Positions 29,278 to 39,964 are shown, counted from the stretch's first letter. The stretch is DNA of 64,000 nucleotides from an uncultured Candidatus Bathyarchaeia archaeon (GCA_964396445.1 CAYNFI010000001.1:30971-94970); one strand, 5' to 3'. Numbers and translations: made by a program. Notes: generated from the sequence alone by a model not told the origin.

Positions 29278-29883
29278 TCATGCAACTATTCTGTAAAGAT
29301 GAACCTCTACAGGGTACTTCGGCTTCCTATGGAATTCAAACATCCTTGGAATATCGATCTGGGTTGTGAAGGTTGTGGTTATACTGGCTCCAAGCCCTCT
29401 CACAAACCTTCTGATGAAGGCATCTGTTTCGCTTTTATGAAGCGAGTAAACAACCTTTCCCAACCCTAAAGCCTTTCTTAGGAAGGCTCTGTCAGCGCCC
29501 CGCCGTTGCACTCCGAAGGGTGGGTTTTGGAGAACTGTGTCACAGCTCCCAGTTAAGGCTTGGATGTCGGCTGCAACCCAGTCGATGATATGGTTAACCA
29601 TCACCTTCTCCGCGTTGCGTTTCGCCGTTGCTAAAGCAACTGGGTCGATGTCTACGCCTACAACGTGTTCGGCGCCGAGTACGGCGGCGCCTATGGCTAA
29701 ACGCCCACTTCCACAGCCTAGGTCATAGACCACTTTAGCAACAATGTCATCGTATGTGTAAGCTGCGAGTGTGAGTATCCGTGCTGCTACGGTTTCAGTG
29801 AGTGTATACTGTTCAAAGTAGCTCTTAGGGGATGGATGTATCTCCAAGGAGCCTAGAAGTCTCTCAAGATCCTTGCGTCGCAT
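29278..29883 (-). CDS. SAM-dependent methyltransferase, METTL5-like (N6-adenine RNA methylase family)
   Basis: SAM motif VVYDLGCGSGRLAIGAAVLGAEHVVGVDID and catalytic NPPFG; start taken at the ATG at 29883, giving a 20-nt overlap with the dph2 stop. Confidence 0.75.
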   Translation of the reverse strand: MRRKDLERLLGSLEIHPSPKSYFEQYTLTETVAARILTLAAYTYDDIVAKVVYDLGCGSGRLAIGAAVLGAEHVVGVDIDPVALATAKRNAEKVMVNHIIDWVAADIQALTGSCDTVLQNPPFGVQRRGADRAFLRKALGLGKVVYSLHKSETDAFIRRFVRGLGASITTTFTTQIDIPRMFEFHRKPKYPVEVHLYRIVA

Positions 29884-30838
29884 AAGCTTCCTTAACATAG
29901 GCTTCCCACGTGTTTTCACCAAGCATGATAAGGGCTTCATCCGGGTTTAAAACAACTTTCCCGAGGGCTTGAACCCCGTCCACAGCTAATCGCGGGCATG
30001 CCATGTTTATGAATACCTCCACTTCCTCGAAGGATTGAAGTATGTCTGGGCTGACAATGTTAACAGATATGCGGAAGACATCCTTCCCCTGCCTTCTCAG
30101 CTTTTCAACCATGACTTCCCCTTCCCTAAGCCTCATCTGCCCTGGTTCAAGCCCTAGGATGACGCTGTAGACTTTGGCTTCCCTCGCCTTAACGATGGCT
30201 GCGTAACGTTGCCTCAAAACCTTTTTTACCTCTTCCTCTAGGTCCCTTGCCTGCCCTGTGAAGGGGTCTGCGGTTATCACAGGCTTTCCAGTCTTTAAGG
30301 CAGCTCCTAGGGGGTGGAATAAACCTCCACCGATGAAGAGGAAAACTTCAACCGCGTCTTTAACAGTTTGGGCTGCTGTGTAATCGCAGCCGATTACCTG
30401 TCCAGGATACTTTAGGTTTCCCGAAACATCACCGATATGTACAACCTTGCCGTGTTTCTCAAGGAAACCCTTCACATCATCGAGTTTGTGCACGTGTTGC
30501 AAGGTTGTTATCAAACCCACCCGTTCATACTTGGTCATCAAGGGTAAGCTTTTCTCTGCGACCCCTAAGACATCCACGTTAGACTTGGCCTCTACGTAAA
30601 TGACTTTGAGTTCAGGGTTGGGAACGAGTTCCGTATGTCCTAGGTGGATGATAAGGTCTGCGTTTAAGGCTTCAGCCTCCTTTAAGGCTATGTTACAGGC
30701 TCCGAAGCACGGGTTACCTGATATGTAAACCGAGGATCCAACTCTTCTCTCCAATAACCTCGCGAGGGATAGGGCTTGGCTTCTTAAACCCTCGGGAGCT
30801 TGGATGAGAACCCTTCCAGCTCCCCGCGTTTTCTTCAC
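29864..30838 (-). CDS. dph2: Diphthamide biosynthesis enzyme Dph2 (2-(3-amino-3-carboxypropyl)histidine synthase)
   Basis: 324 aa with, from memory, the archaeal Dph2 domain order and conserved Cys residues (..GNPCFGAC.., ..INMACPR..). Confidence 0.85.
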   Translation of the reverse strand: MKKTRGAGRVLIQAPEGLRSQALSLARLLERRVGSSVYISGNPCFGACNIALKEAEALNADLIIHLGHTELVPNPELKVIYVEAKSNVDVLGVAEKSLPLMTKYERVGLITTLQHVHKLDDVKGFLEKHGKVVHIGDVSGNLKYPGQVIGCDYTAAQTVKDAVEVFLFIGGGLFHPLGAALKTGKPVITADPFTGQARDLEEEVKKVLRQRYAAIVKAREAKVYSVILGLEPGQMRLREGEVMVEKLRRQGKDVFRISVNIVSPDILQSFEEVEVFINMACPRLAVDGVQALGKVVLNPDEALIMLGENTWEAYVKEAYATQGS

Positions 30839-30883
30839 TAACTCTTCTTCCTCAAGGTTGAACAGGTGGAAACAGCCTCTTAC

Positions 30884-31417
30884 CTACGCTGGAAGACTAA
30901 CTTCACTAACCCTTTGGAGTTCAAACCGGCAGGGTATAGGTATCTTACTTGCACCCCTCCTTAAGGCTTCCTTAACTAGGTCTTTCGCATCCTCGTTAAC
31001 CTTGATGGTTATAATCTCCTGCCCGTTCTCCACCCTCGCCGCGGTAGCTACTGGTGCGCCGAAGGCTCTCTTCATACCCTTAGACAGCCTGTCCGCGTGA
31101 GGCCCCATCATCATCTTATGCTCCCTGAGAACTTGATGGGGGTAAACGTTCACTTTTAAGTAGTAACCCTTCTCACCGAGCTTATCTTGAAGAACCTTGT
31201 TCGCGGCGACCCTTGCCGCTTCGAGGGCGTTGTGGCGGATTTGAGCGTTGGCTAAGGCTATCAATGAGGCTGTATACGCATAGCTTACCCCTGGGTCGCC
31301 CATGGTGAACTTGCTGATCTTCGGAGGGGGAGCCCCATGTATATACTCCTTCCTACTGTAAGGTCTTCCCGCAACCCTCCGATAGTTCTTTCCCTTCATG
31401 CCCCACACCACACGCAT
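30884..31417 (-). CDS. rpl10e: Large-subunit ribosomal protein L10e (uL16)
   Basis: MRVVWGMKGKNYRRVAGRPYSRKEYIHGAPPPKISKFTMGDP... is characteristic of L10e. Confidence 0.9.
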   Translation of the reverse strand: MRVVWGMKGKNYRRVAGRPYSRKEYIHGAPPPKISKFTMGDPGVSYAYTASLIALANAQIRHNALEAARVAANKVLQDKLGEKGYYLKVNVYPHQVLREHKMMMGPHADRLSKGMKRAFGAPVATAARVENGQEIITIKVNEDAKDLVKEALRRGASKIPIPCRFELQRVSEVSLPA

Positions 31418-31549
31418 AACCTAGGTTGGGTAATATAAACGTACCTTAAGGATCTGGTTGAACCTAGAGTACGTAGACCAAGCTTTCACGGGAGGAAAAG
31501 CGATAAATCGATGATGCGATCACAATAAAGTTGAGGAGGAGGCTAAGCG

Positions 31550-32008
31550 ATGCGTCGAAGCGTGCTTTTCGCCATCGCGGGGGCACTCTTCATCATCTCA
31601 GGGATATTGTACACCTACATAGACCTAACCACGGATTTAGCGGAAACGGTTAGAACCGCGCAGGTTAAGGCTGGGAAGACGCTCTACCTCGTCCCACCCG
31701 CTGTCGAGGTTAACGTCGAGGTCACTATTACTAACCCCACCAATACACGGGTCATCATCGAATCGCTGGTCGCCGATGTCTTCTATGAAGACGTTCAGCT
31801 CGGTGCGCTCGGCGGTCAAGGTGTAAGCATTCAACCGCATGGAAACGCCTCGTTTAGAGGGAGTTTCAACCTCCCATCCAACCTGTGGTTTCGAACACCC
31901 TATACGATACGGGTAACCGGGAAAATCACCGCATCAGTGGGGATCCTCTCTCTGAAAATCACTCGTGAGTATCCCCTCGACATCCAACGAGCACAGACGA
32001 GCCCCTAG
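31550..32008 (+). CDS. Membrane-anchored beta-sandwich protein (LEA_2 / water-stress-like fold?)
   Basis: N-terminal TM helix, then a beta-rich 120-aa domain. Confidence 0.45.
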   Translation: MRRSVLFAIAGALFIISGILYTYIDLTTDLAETVRTAQVKAGKTLYLVPPAVEVNVEVTITNPTNTRVIIESLVADVFYEDVQLGALGGQGVSIQPHGNASFRGSFNLPSNLWFRTPYTIRVTGKITASVGILSLKITREYPLDIQRAQTSP

Positions 32009-32100
32009 TCTACAGCGGTATAAACTCGAATCCTAACGTGGAATCCGTGTGTATATAAACGCGGTGTAGCGGCGTGGCGGGAAAGACGTTTATAAATAAG

Positions 32101-33771
32101 TCATGTCCAAGACGGTAGCTGCTCTTCTCTATCTATGGTGAAGTCTATGACGGCGGGGACGCCATCCCTAACCATCTTTGAAGCGTTCTTAAAAGCTTTC
32201 CTTATTTCACTGGGTCTCTCAACGTGCTCACCGTAACATTTGAAAGCCTCAGCTAATTTCACAAAATCCGGGTTAATTAGCTCCGTGGATATGAGCCTCC
32301 CGCCGTAGAAGCGTTTTTGATGATGCCTTATAGTCCCGAACGCGTTATCGTTCAGTATGCAAACTGTGACGGGGGTACACTGTTGAACAGCTGTAGCGAG
32401 CTCATACATCGTCATGACAAAACCTCCATCCCCCGCTACGGCTACGATGTCCTTCTCGGGCTTCGCGAGTTTACAGGCAATGGCTGCAGGGAGACCATAC
32501 CCCATGGGTCCAAAGGAACCGGATTGAATCCAAGTCTTCGGCTCAAAGACGTTGAGGAACATGGAAGCCCACATCTTGTTATTCCCCGCGTCCACAGTGA
32601 ACACCGTTCCACGGCTGAAGAAACGCCGGATTTCATTACATACCCGCTGAGGCTTCAATGGCGTTGCCTCCGAGTTCATGATAGCTTCATTGATGCTAAG
32701 CCACTCTTCCTTCGCCCTACTCAGCCAGAGAAGCCAAGGGAGCTCCTCGAATTTTCTCGAACCGCATAGGCTTTTCACCTCGGCGAGGATCCCCGTAAGC
32801 ACAGCCTCAGCGTCTCCGGTGATTCCTAACTCCACAGGATAGTTCTTCCCGATTTCATCAGGGTTAACGTCTACTTGAATCATCCTCGTCCCAGCCCTGA
32901 TGGCTGTCCAATGCCTTGTACTTAACGCTGCGAAGCGGCATCCCACAGCCAGGATAAAGTCAGCTTCAGCTAAAACTCTGTCAACGTAGCGGCGGGCGTG
33001 AACTCCCATCCTCCCAGCGGACAATGGATGGTCCTCGGGGATAACGCCTCTTCCGTTGAAGGTTGTGATGACAGGAGCCCCGATATACTCAGCTAAGGCA
33101 AGGACCTCCTTGCATGCACCGAGCCCTGAGTAGTGGGCTCCACCACCAGCCACGATCACCGGTCTCTCAGCTTTGACCAAGTGAGTGGCCGCTTTCCTAA
33201 CCACATCCCTGCGCCCGGCAGCGACCTTGCCCGTAAGCATCTTTTGAAGCGGCTTTGTTTCAAACTCGACGAGTTCTCTCTGAACGTCTACAGGAATGTT
33301 AAGATGCACAGGTCCAGGTCTACCTGTTAAAGCCATCCTTAAGGCTTTCCTCGTAACTTCAACGGCGCGCTCAGGCTTAGTCAACATAACACTCCACTTC
33401 ACGATGGGTTTGAAAACGGCTGCGTGGTCGAGTTCTTGGAAGGCTCCCTTACCGAGCTGCGGTTGGGGTTGCTGCCCTGTGAATGCAACCACGGGTGTAC
33501 GGTCTGTCCAAGCCGTCGCGATTCCTGTGATGAGGTTTGTAGCCCCAGGTCCTCCAGTCCCATCGCAGATGCCGTGTTGACCCGTAATCTTGGCATAGGC
33601 GTCTGCCATATAAGCCGCGGCTTCCTCATGTCTCGTTAAAACATGCTTAATCTTTGAAGCGTAGATAGCATCGTAGATAGGACATGTCTGTGAACCTGGT
33701 AAGCCGAAGATGAGTTTTACCCCCGCTGCCTCCAACGTTCTAACAATGGCTTCAGCTACCGTGGACCTCAT
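32101..33771 (-). CDS. Thiamine-pyrophosphate enzyme of the acetolactate-synthase-large-subunit family
   Basis: N-terminal Pyr domain, central domain, and C-terminal TPP-binding GDGGF...NN motif; 556 aa; no adjacent small subunit. Confidence 0.85.
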   Translation of the reverse strand: MRSTVAEAIVRTLEAAGVKLIFGLPGSQTCPIYDAIYASKIKHVLTRHEEAAAYMADAYAKITGQHGICDGTGGPGATNLITGIATAWTDRTPVVAFTGQQPQPQLGKGAFQELDHAAVFKPIVKWSVMLTKPERAVEVTRKALRMALTGRPGPVHLNIPVDVQRELVEFETKPLQKMLTGKVAAGRRDVVRKAATHLVKAERPVIVAGGGAHYSGLGACKEVLALAEYIGAPVITTFNGRGVIPEDHPLSAGRMGVHARRYVDRVLAEADFILAVGCRFAALSTRHWTAIRAGTRMIQVDVNPDEIGKNYPVELGITGDAEAVLTGILAEVKSLCGSRKFEELPWLLWLSRAKEEWLSINEAIMNSEATPLKPQRVCNEIRRFFSRGTVFTVDAGNNKMWASMFLNVFEPKTWIQSGSFGPMGYGLPAAIACKLAKPEKDIVAVAGDGGFVMTMYELATAVQQCTPVTVCILNDNAFGTIRHHQKRFYGGRLISTELINPDFVKLAEAFKCYGEHVERPSEIRKAFKNASKMVRDGVPAVIDFTIDREEQLPSWT

Positions 33772-33922
33772 CGCGTCAATCTCACCACTTTACTCAAAGG
33801 ACTCTACCGATCAAGGTTATCAAAGTTTTGAGGAAGTGAAGGGGACACTTTAACTAAAGGCGTTAATTGGGAAACATGTTTTTTAGCCTCCTTCCCATTA
33901 TCCCTTAGAAAAGGTCGGTTGT

Positions 33923-35881
33923 ATGCCTCTGCAAAACCCCTGGGGAGGCTTCCGCGAGGAATGCGAGGTTCTTATTAGAAGGGCTTTAAACAAGGGCCTT
34001 ATGGGTTTGGAGGAAGCCAAGATAGTGCTTGAGAAACCCCCGTCTCCCGAACTTGGGGAGCTCAGCTCATCCCTATGCCTCAGTCTCGCGAGGCAGCGGC
34101 TGGTAAACCCCCTTAAAATGGCTGAGGACATTGTAAACGCTATGGACATGACGAGCGCCACATTCACTGCAGGGGTTAAAGTTGCGGAGCCAGGTTACAT
34201 TAACTTCTACGTAAACCGCCCCCACCTCTTCAACGCAGTCTTAGAAGCTGTGTTTAAACTGGGTGAGGCTTGGGGCGCCGTTAATGTTGACCGACCGCTT
34301 AAAGTCATCGTTGAGCATACGAGTGTAAACCCGATACATCCAATCGATATTGGGCATGCAAGGAATACTTTTCTCGGAGATACGCTTGCCAGGCTCCTTG
34401 AAGCCAGGGGGCATACGGTTTCAAGGCGTTACTACGTGGATGATGTTGGAAGCCAGATGGCTACAATCGCCTACGGATACGAGAAGCTTGGAAAACCTAA
34501 GCCCACCGTGAAACCCGACGTCTTCATCGGCGTACTGTACACCGTAACGTCCTGTATCCTTGAAACACGGAGGCTTAGGAAACGGATTGAAAACCTTCAA
34601 GGACTGGGGGAGACAGAGAATGCTAGCCGCTTAAGGGCTGAGCTGGATGACTGGGTCGCCGTCGTAGCCGAGGTTCAAGCGAGATATCCTGAGCTTTTTA
34701 ACACGCTTCTCTCTGAGGTGGAGAAGGAATCAGACCCTGAGGCTGCTGTGGCGGGGTTAAACAGGGATTATGAAGCGGGGAGGGAGTACGCTAAAAAACT
34801 TGTCAAGGAAGTCGCGGAGCTCTGCTTGGAAGGCTTTAGGGAAACCTTCAACAGAGTGGATGTGAAGTTCGATGGCTGGGACTGGGAAAGCGAGTTTACC
34901 TGGACGGGAAAGGTTGGTGAGGTTATCAGGAAGCTTAAGGCAACGCCCTACGTTTCCATTGTTGAAGGAGCCCTCGAATTAGACGCGGAGAAAGCTGTGA
35001 CTTACCTAGATTTAAGGGAGTCTCTAGGGCTGCCTGAAAGGTACACGGTCCCCTCCCTAACCTTAACGAGAGCGGATGGAACAACGCTGTACACGGCGCG
35101 GGATATTGCCTACAGCCTCAAGAAGCTTGAAGACGCGGATATGGTGGTTAACGTCGTCGGGGCAGACCAGAAGTTAGCTCAGCTGCAGTTACGAATCGCA
35201 CTCTGCATTCTAGGCTTGAAGGGAATGGCCGCGCGGCAACACCACTTCGCCTACGGGTTTGTAAGGTTCCCGGGTTTAAGGATGTCGAGTCGTCGAGGCA
35301 GGTACATCACCTTGGACAACGTATTGGATGAGGCTGTGAGCAAAGCCTTCGAAGAGGTTGTTAAACGTTCACCGCATTTACTTGATGAGGAGAAGAGAGC
35401 CATCGCAGGTGTTGTCGGTATCGGTGCGGTGAAGTACGCCATGGTATCCGTGGAGCCTATAAAGGAGGTTGTCTTCACATGGGACCGGGTTCTAGACTTT
35501 GAACGGAACAGCGCCCCCTTTATCCAGTACGCTCACGCAAGAGCCTGCAACATTCTCAAGAAGGCGGGGAAAACAGGGCTCAGCCTAGAAGGAACACGTG
35601 TGGAAGCCTTAAAGGATGATGTGGAGCAGGGGCTTCTACTCAGGGTTGCGTGGCTGCCGGAGATCCTCATGGAAGCGGCGGACAAGTTGCTACCGTATCT
35701 GGTGGCTGATTACGCCAACAACCTAGCCAACCTCTTCAACACGTTCTACGATAAGCTTCCCGTTCTCAAGGCGGAAAACACGGTGCTTAAAGATGCCCGG
35801 CTGGCTCTTGTGAGCGCTGTGAGGATAACTTTAAGAAACGCTATGAAGGTGTTAGGCATAGACACACCTGGAAGAATGTGA
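33923..35881 (+). CDS. argS: Arginyl-tRNA synthetase
   Basis: HIGH-like motif PIHPIDIGHARN, an MSSR (KMSKS-like) motif, a DALR anticodon-binding C-terminus; 652 aa. Confidence 0.88.
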   Translation: MPLQNPWGGFREECEVLIRRALNKGLMGLEEAKIVLEKPPSPELGELSSSLCLSLARQRLVNPLKMAEDIVNAMDMTSATFTAGVKVAEPGYINFYVNRPHLFNAVLEAVFKLGEAWGAVNVDRPLKVIVEHTSVNPIHPIDIGHARNTFLGDTLARLLEARGHTVSRRYYVDDVGSQMATIAYGYEKLGKPKPTVKPDVFIGVLYTVTSCILETRRLRKRIENLQGLGETENASRLRAELDDWVAVVAEVQARYPELFNTLLSEVEKESDPEAAVAGLNRDYEAGREYAKKLVKEVAELCLEGFRETFNRVDVKFDGWDWESEFTWTGKVGEVIRKLKATPYVSIVEGALELDAEKAVTYLDLRESLGLPERYTVPSLTLTRADGTTLYTARDIAYSLKKLEDADMVVNVVGADQKLAQLQLRIALCILGLKGMAARQHHFAYGFVRFPGLRMSSRRGRYITLDNVLDEAVSKAFEEVVKRSPHLLDEEKRAIAGVVGIGAVKYAMVSVEPIKEVVFTWDRVLDFERNSAPFIQYAHARACNILKKAGKTGLSLEGTRVEALKDDVEQGLLLRVAWLPEILMEAADKLLPYLVADYANNLANLFNTFYDKLPVLKAENTVLKDARLALVSAVRITLRNAMKVLGIDTPGRM

Positions 35882-35997
35882 TCCCCCGCTCACAGTTATA
35901 CTCCTTGCAGGAATGCGTGGTTTGTCAAGGGTGCATCCTCTTAGGGGAGTAAGTTAACAGATAAATGCATGATTTAGCGCATAGATACCATGTGAAA

Positions 35998-36501
35998 TTA
36001 TTCTTGAAACCTCGCAATCATCAAGACCTCGTCCTCCCTGTAGAGGTCTTTTATAACGCACTCTGGTTTAGCGCCTAGGGTTTTCGCATAGAGTTTCTGA
36101 GCATCGTTCTCCGTCCCTGTGGAGACCTCGACGAGCTTCAGCTCGGAACCCCTTGCCTTAATACACCGCTTCATCTCCTCAAAGGAATCTTTAACCAACT
36201 TTGTACCAATCCCATTTCCTCTGTAGTCTTTGAGAACGCCTATCTGTTCAAGCTCCAAAACTGCCTGCTCCCTGAACCCACCCTTCTCCATCCAAAGGAT
36301 GTAACCTAACACCACCCCTCCACACATGGCTACGAAGTACTGCATCCTTGGGTAGGCATGGAAGTTGCATTCAATCCACCTCTTCCCCCCTTCAGGATTC
36401 CTTAAACCACTGAAGCAGAGGGAGCCGATGCGCGCCACTTCTTGTACCTGCTCCTCTCTCATCGGCTTCACTGAAACCTTTCTTAGGTCTATTCCCGTCA
36501 T
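35998..36501 (-). CDS. GNAT-family N-acetyltransferase
   Basis: Acetyl-CoA-binding motif VLKDYRGNGIGTKLV. Confidence 0.8.
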   Translation of the reverse strand: MTGIDLRKVSVKPMREEQVQEVARIGSLCFSGLRNPEGGKRWIECNFHAYPRMQYFVAMCGGVVLGYILWMEKGGFREQAVLELEQIGVLKDYRGNGIGTKLVKDSFEEMKRCIKARGSELKLVEVSTGTENDAQKLYAKTLGAKPECVIKDLYREDEVLMIARFQE

Positions 36502-36659
36502 AAGCCCTGACCACGGAGCCGAATTCTACGCGCTATTCACATATAAGTCTCCTTGAAGAGCCGTGTGTAGCCTTAAAAAATCCTCATCACCGTTGGGAAG
36601 CGTTTAGAGTCATGGACGTTATGAAAAAATTTATAACGTTTAAGTCGAGTTAAAAACGC

Positions 36660-37595
36660 ATGGTCTTCCTCGTAGAAGAGACAGCTGACGGACAAAGGGC
36701 TTATGAATCGTTGCTCGTCAATCAACCCCAGCTTTTAAACGCTATCTCCAACTCGACAGCCCTAAGGATTTTAAAGGAGTTGTCTGAGGAACCCATGTGC
36801 GTCATGGATTTGGCGAGGAAAATAAGGGAGCATGAACAGAGGGTTTACTACCACGCGCGGAAGCTCGAAAAACTTGGTTTAATAAAAGTTGTGAGAACCG
36901 AGGCAAGGGGTGGAGCCCTAGCTAAGATATACTCGCCCATCTCATCCGTTGTTTCATTCAAGCTGTTTGAGAAAACCCCCATAAAAGATGTGAGGTCGAG
37001 AGCCGCTGAGGTTAAGTTTCTCAAACCCTTTATCCAAGATGGGAGGCTCAACTCCATCATCGTGGTGGGAAGCCCCGACCCCCATGGTAGGTATAAAGCA
37101 CCGGCTTCAGACGGTTACTGCGCCATCGACTTATGCCTCTTCCTAGGACAGTTCTTAAACACCCTAACGATTCCATGCTATAAACTGGATACGCAGATTA
37201 GGGGAGATGACTTGGAGAGGAATATGCTGATCATAGGCGGTCCTAAGGCGAACATCATCTCTGATAGGATTAACAAGGTTTTACCGGTTTACTTCGACTA
37301 CTCGGATGAACTCCTCGAATGGAGCATCGTTTCGAGTATTTCAAAGACAACGTACAGGGAGAAACACATTGGGGCAATCGCTAGGGTTCCAAGCCCTTTC
37401 CATGAGGGTAGGGAGGTACTTGTCCTAGCTGGGAAGGGCTTTAGGGGAACGAAGGCATCTGTACTAGCCTTCGTAAAGCACGTTAAGGATGTTATGAAGG
37501 GGAATTCCATCAACCCAAACGTTATCGCAAAGGTTGTTCAAGGCATAGACCTAGATTCTGACGGCATCGTAGATGAGGTTGAGTTCATAGAGTGA
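36660..37595 (+). CDS. ArsR-like wHTH regulator fused to an uncharacterized C-terminal domain of about 200 aa
   Basis: N-terminal LRILKELSEEPMCVMDLARKIREHEQRVYYHARKLEKLGLIKVV; the remainder matches no family I recognise. Confidence 0.6.
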   Translation: MVFLVEETADGQRAYESLLVNQPQLLNAISNSTALRILKELSEEPMCVMDLARKIREHEQRVYYHARKLEKLGLIKVVRTEARGGALAKIYSPISSVVSFKLFEKTPIKDVRSRAAEVKFLKPFIQDGRLNSIIVVGSPDPHGRYKAPASDGYCAIDLCLFLGQFLNTLTIPCYKLDTQIRGDDLERNMLIIGGPKANIISDRINKVLPVYFDYSDELLEWSIVSSISKTTYREKHIGAIARVPSPFHEGREVLVLAGKGFRGTKASVLAFVKHVKDVMKGNSINPNVIAKVVQGIDLDSDGIVDEVEFIE

Positions 37596-37787
37596 ATGGG
37601 GGAATGTGAAGAAGGTATTCACAGCGAATCCTCGCTAGCTAAGGATGAGTGATGGGTTCCAAAATGTTCAGAGGCACAAGAATCTTACCTAAGGCTTAAA
37701 CACCGTCTAGACCTTTCTGCAAAGAATTTACAGTAACCGAATAGCTTAATTGGCTGTAAGAGTTACTAAGTTATGCGGTGTTGATAT

Positions 37788-38417
37788 ATGCTTGCGAAGC
37801 AATATTTTGATAGAATCGACGTCATCCTACGCAAGTTATCTAAAGAGCAAGCTGACATGATTGTAAAGGCGGCGGAGATGATCGTTGACGCCGCGTTAAC
37901 CGGGGGCAAGTTCTGGGTCTACGACAAGGGAAAGGCGGTTTCCTCCGAGGTCGTAGGCCGCGCTGGAGGGCTTCTAATGACTCAGCTCCTAACGGAACCG
38001 GATCCCTCCACGATCCAAAAAGGCGACGTGTTAGCGGTAAGCGCCGTTAAGAACAACGATCCTTCAGACACCGTCTTCGTTGAAAAGGCAAAGGCCAAGG
38101 GAGTAAAAACGATGGCTGTTCTACCGTTCAACAACCCGTCCGACGCCTCTGAAAACCTTCAGGAAAAGGTTGACTTAGCGGTTGACGACTACGCTGAATC
38201 AGGCGATGGATGTTTGGAAGTCGAAGGCTACGTTCGTAGGATATGTCCAACCACCGGCGTAACCAACGCAGCCATCATGTGGGCTGTATGCGCGGAGGTC
38301 GTGGACGAGCTAAGGCGGAGGGGTAAGGAAGCGCATATTTACAAAAGCGTCTACAGGGTTGGAAACGTTGAGTGGAACACAAGGATGCGTGATGAGTTTC
38401 TGAGAACAGGTTACTAG
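37788..38417 (+). CDS. Uncharacterized protein, paralog A of a tandem pair
   Basis: Shares GG..W...G... and TGVTNAAIMWAVCAEVV / TGVLNCTIYWALCGEIV blocks with the downstream ORF. Confidence 0.6.
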   Translation: MLAKQYFDRIDVILRKLSKEQADMIVKAAEMIVDAALTGGKFWVYDKGKAVSSEVVGRAGGLLMTQLLTEPDPSTIQKGDVLAVSAVKNNDPSDTVFVEKAKAKGVKTMAVLPFNNPSDASENLQEKVDLAVDDYAESGDGCLEVEGYVRRICPTTGVTNAAIMWAVCAEVVDELRRRGKEAHIYKSVYRVGNVEWNTRMRDEFLRTGY

Positions 38418-38425
38418 AGGAAGGG

Positions 38426-39016
38426 GTGAAAACAATGGGACTTGGATTGGAATACCTTACCTACGTTAGGAACGAGTTGCGTAAGGTTCTGATGGAGGAA
38501 GGTTGGAAAATCGAGAAAGTAGCTGAATTAGCGGTTGAAACGCTTGCCTCTGGTGGAACCTGCTGGCATACAGATATCGGGCATATGCCTGGTCTTGAAG
38601 TCAGGGTTGGACGTGAGGCAAGGCCGAACGTCTTCAAGCCGCTTCAAGGAGTCGATTGGGTACGCAAAGGCGACCTAGTCGTCTTCGGCGACCAGTTCGA
38701 CGTGTCTGAGGGTTTTATAGAATGGGCTTTAGAGTTGAAAAAACGAGGCGCCACAGTGGTAGGCATAGGCGCCGCCATGGATAAGCATCGGAACGAGGTT
38801 TACATACGGCACGCGGGGGGGAAAAGCCTACCTGAAGTCGTGGATGTGTTCATAAACACCCAAGCACCAATGGGTGACGGGGCTCTAACTCAAGGCTTGA
38901 AGATCGGGTTCGGCGCGACAACAGGCGTACTGAACTGCACAATATACTGGGCGTTATGCGGGGAAATCGTGGAAGGCTTGGCGAAGAGAGCCTTCAAGCT
39001 TCCAGATATCAGTTGA
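38426..39016 (+). CDS. Uncharacterized protein, paralog B of a tandem pair
   Basis: Lies 8 nt downstream of paralog A; similar length (196 versus 209 aa) and conserved blocks. Confidence 0.6.
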   Translation: MKTMGLGLEYLTYVRNELRKVLMEEGWKIEKVAELAVETLASGGTCWHTDIGHMPGLEVRVGREARPNVFKPLQGVDWVRKGDLVVFGDQFDVSEGFIEWALELKKRGATVVGIGAAMDKHRNEVYIRHAGGKSLPEVVDVFINTQAPMGDGALTQGLKIGFGATTGVLNCTIYWALCGEIVEGLAKRAFKLPDIS

Positions 39017-39154
39017 ACACCTCAGCCAAAGCCTACCATGTAATGGAAGTGTGAAAGCAGCCGAAGTTTGGGGATGTGAACGCCTTCCAAGAGCGTTCAC
39101 GGCACCTGTAACGTTAACCCTCGGAGAACCTAAAAGCTTAAACCAAGGATCTCG

Positions 39155-39964
39155 ATGGCTTCACTTTGCAAGCCTCAAGGAGTATGGTCTATGAAGCTGA
39201 CGGAAAATATCCTTGAATTCAACGTTTACACGCGGGATGGCTTCATCTCCCGCAGAGCCGTAGGTGTAAAGAAGCTGTGCTTTGGACGCCACTGCAGTCG
39301 GGACATCGAGGCTACGCGGAAAAGCTTGGATGAGAAACGCTTTGAAGGCTACGCTGTACACGGTAACCCCAACATCTGTATGAAAAGCCGCTACCTCCTC
39401 ACCGATGAGGAGGTTATAGAGGTTCAGGGGCGGCAAACATCCGGCGAAGTTGAGGTCGTCGCAGTCGTAGATAACGATGAGGTTTTAATCTCCGTCGGCA
39501 GCGACCACAACGACCGGTCTCTTGAGACCATGTGGACGGAGGCTTTGGGGAAGGTCTATGACATCGCTAAGTCGAAGCAGATGGTTCCAGCCGTGGTGGC
39601 GAAGGATGCATGGTTGTATGAAGACATCGAGGACCATTGGGACGGGCTGAATTTAAGAAGCTATGTAACCGTGGGCGGGAAAAGGATCCCATACCAAGAC
39701 TTCCCGCTTTCAACCTTGGTTGACCTAGAATATCATTTCCAGACGAATCCATGGCTGAAAGAAAACGGCGTAGTCTTCTTCGGGGGTACTTATGGCACGC
39801 TTCCAACAGTTCCCCCCGAAATCTATCAGTTCCAACACTCGATTAAGGGTTTGGTGTTCCCGTCGGGCTTCAGCTTCGAAGTCCATGACCCAGTGTTGAA
39901 GCGAACGATCTCACATAGATACATGGTCCAATGCCTTGAAGAACCGGGCTCCCCGAGCCTTTGA
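39155..39964 (+). CDS. Hypothetical protein
   Basis: Clean ORF (an alternative ATG at 39191); no recognised family. Confidence 0.5.
   Translation: MASLCKPQGVWSMKLTENILEFNVYTRDGFISRRAVGVKKLCFGRHCSRDIEATRKSLDEKRFEGYAVHGNPNICMKSRYLLTDEEVIEVQGRQTSGEVEVVAVVDNDEVLISVGSDHNDRSLETMWTEALGKVYDIAKSKQMVPAVVAKDAWLYEDIEDHWDGLNLRSYVTVGGKRIPYQDFPLSTLVDLEYHFQTNPWLKENGVVFFGGTYGTLPTVPPEIYQFQHSIKGLVFPSGFSFEVHDPVLKRTISHRYMVQCLEEPGSPSL

Noticed and set aside
37621-37730. Possible C/D-box sRNA (gtgatgg ... ) in the intergenic region before 37788
   Set aside because: Only a degenerate C-box-like heptamer was found, with no clear D box or C'/D' pair. The evidence is insufficient.
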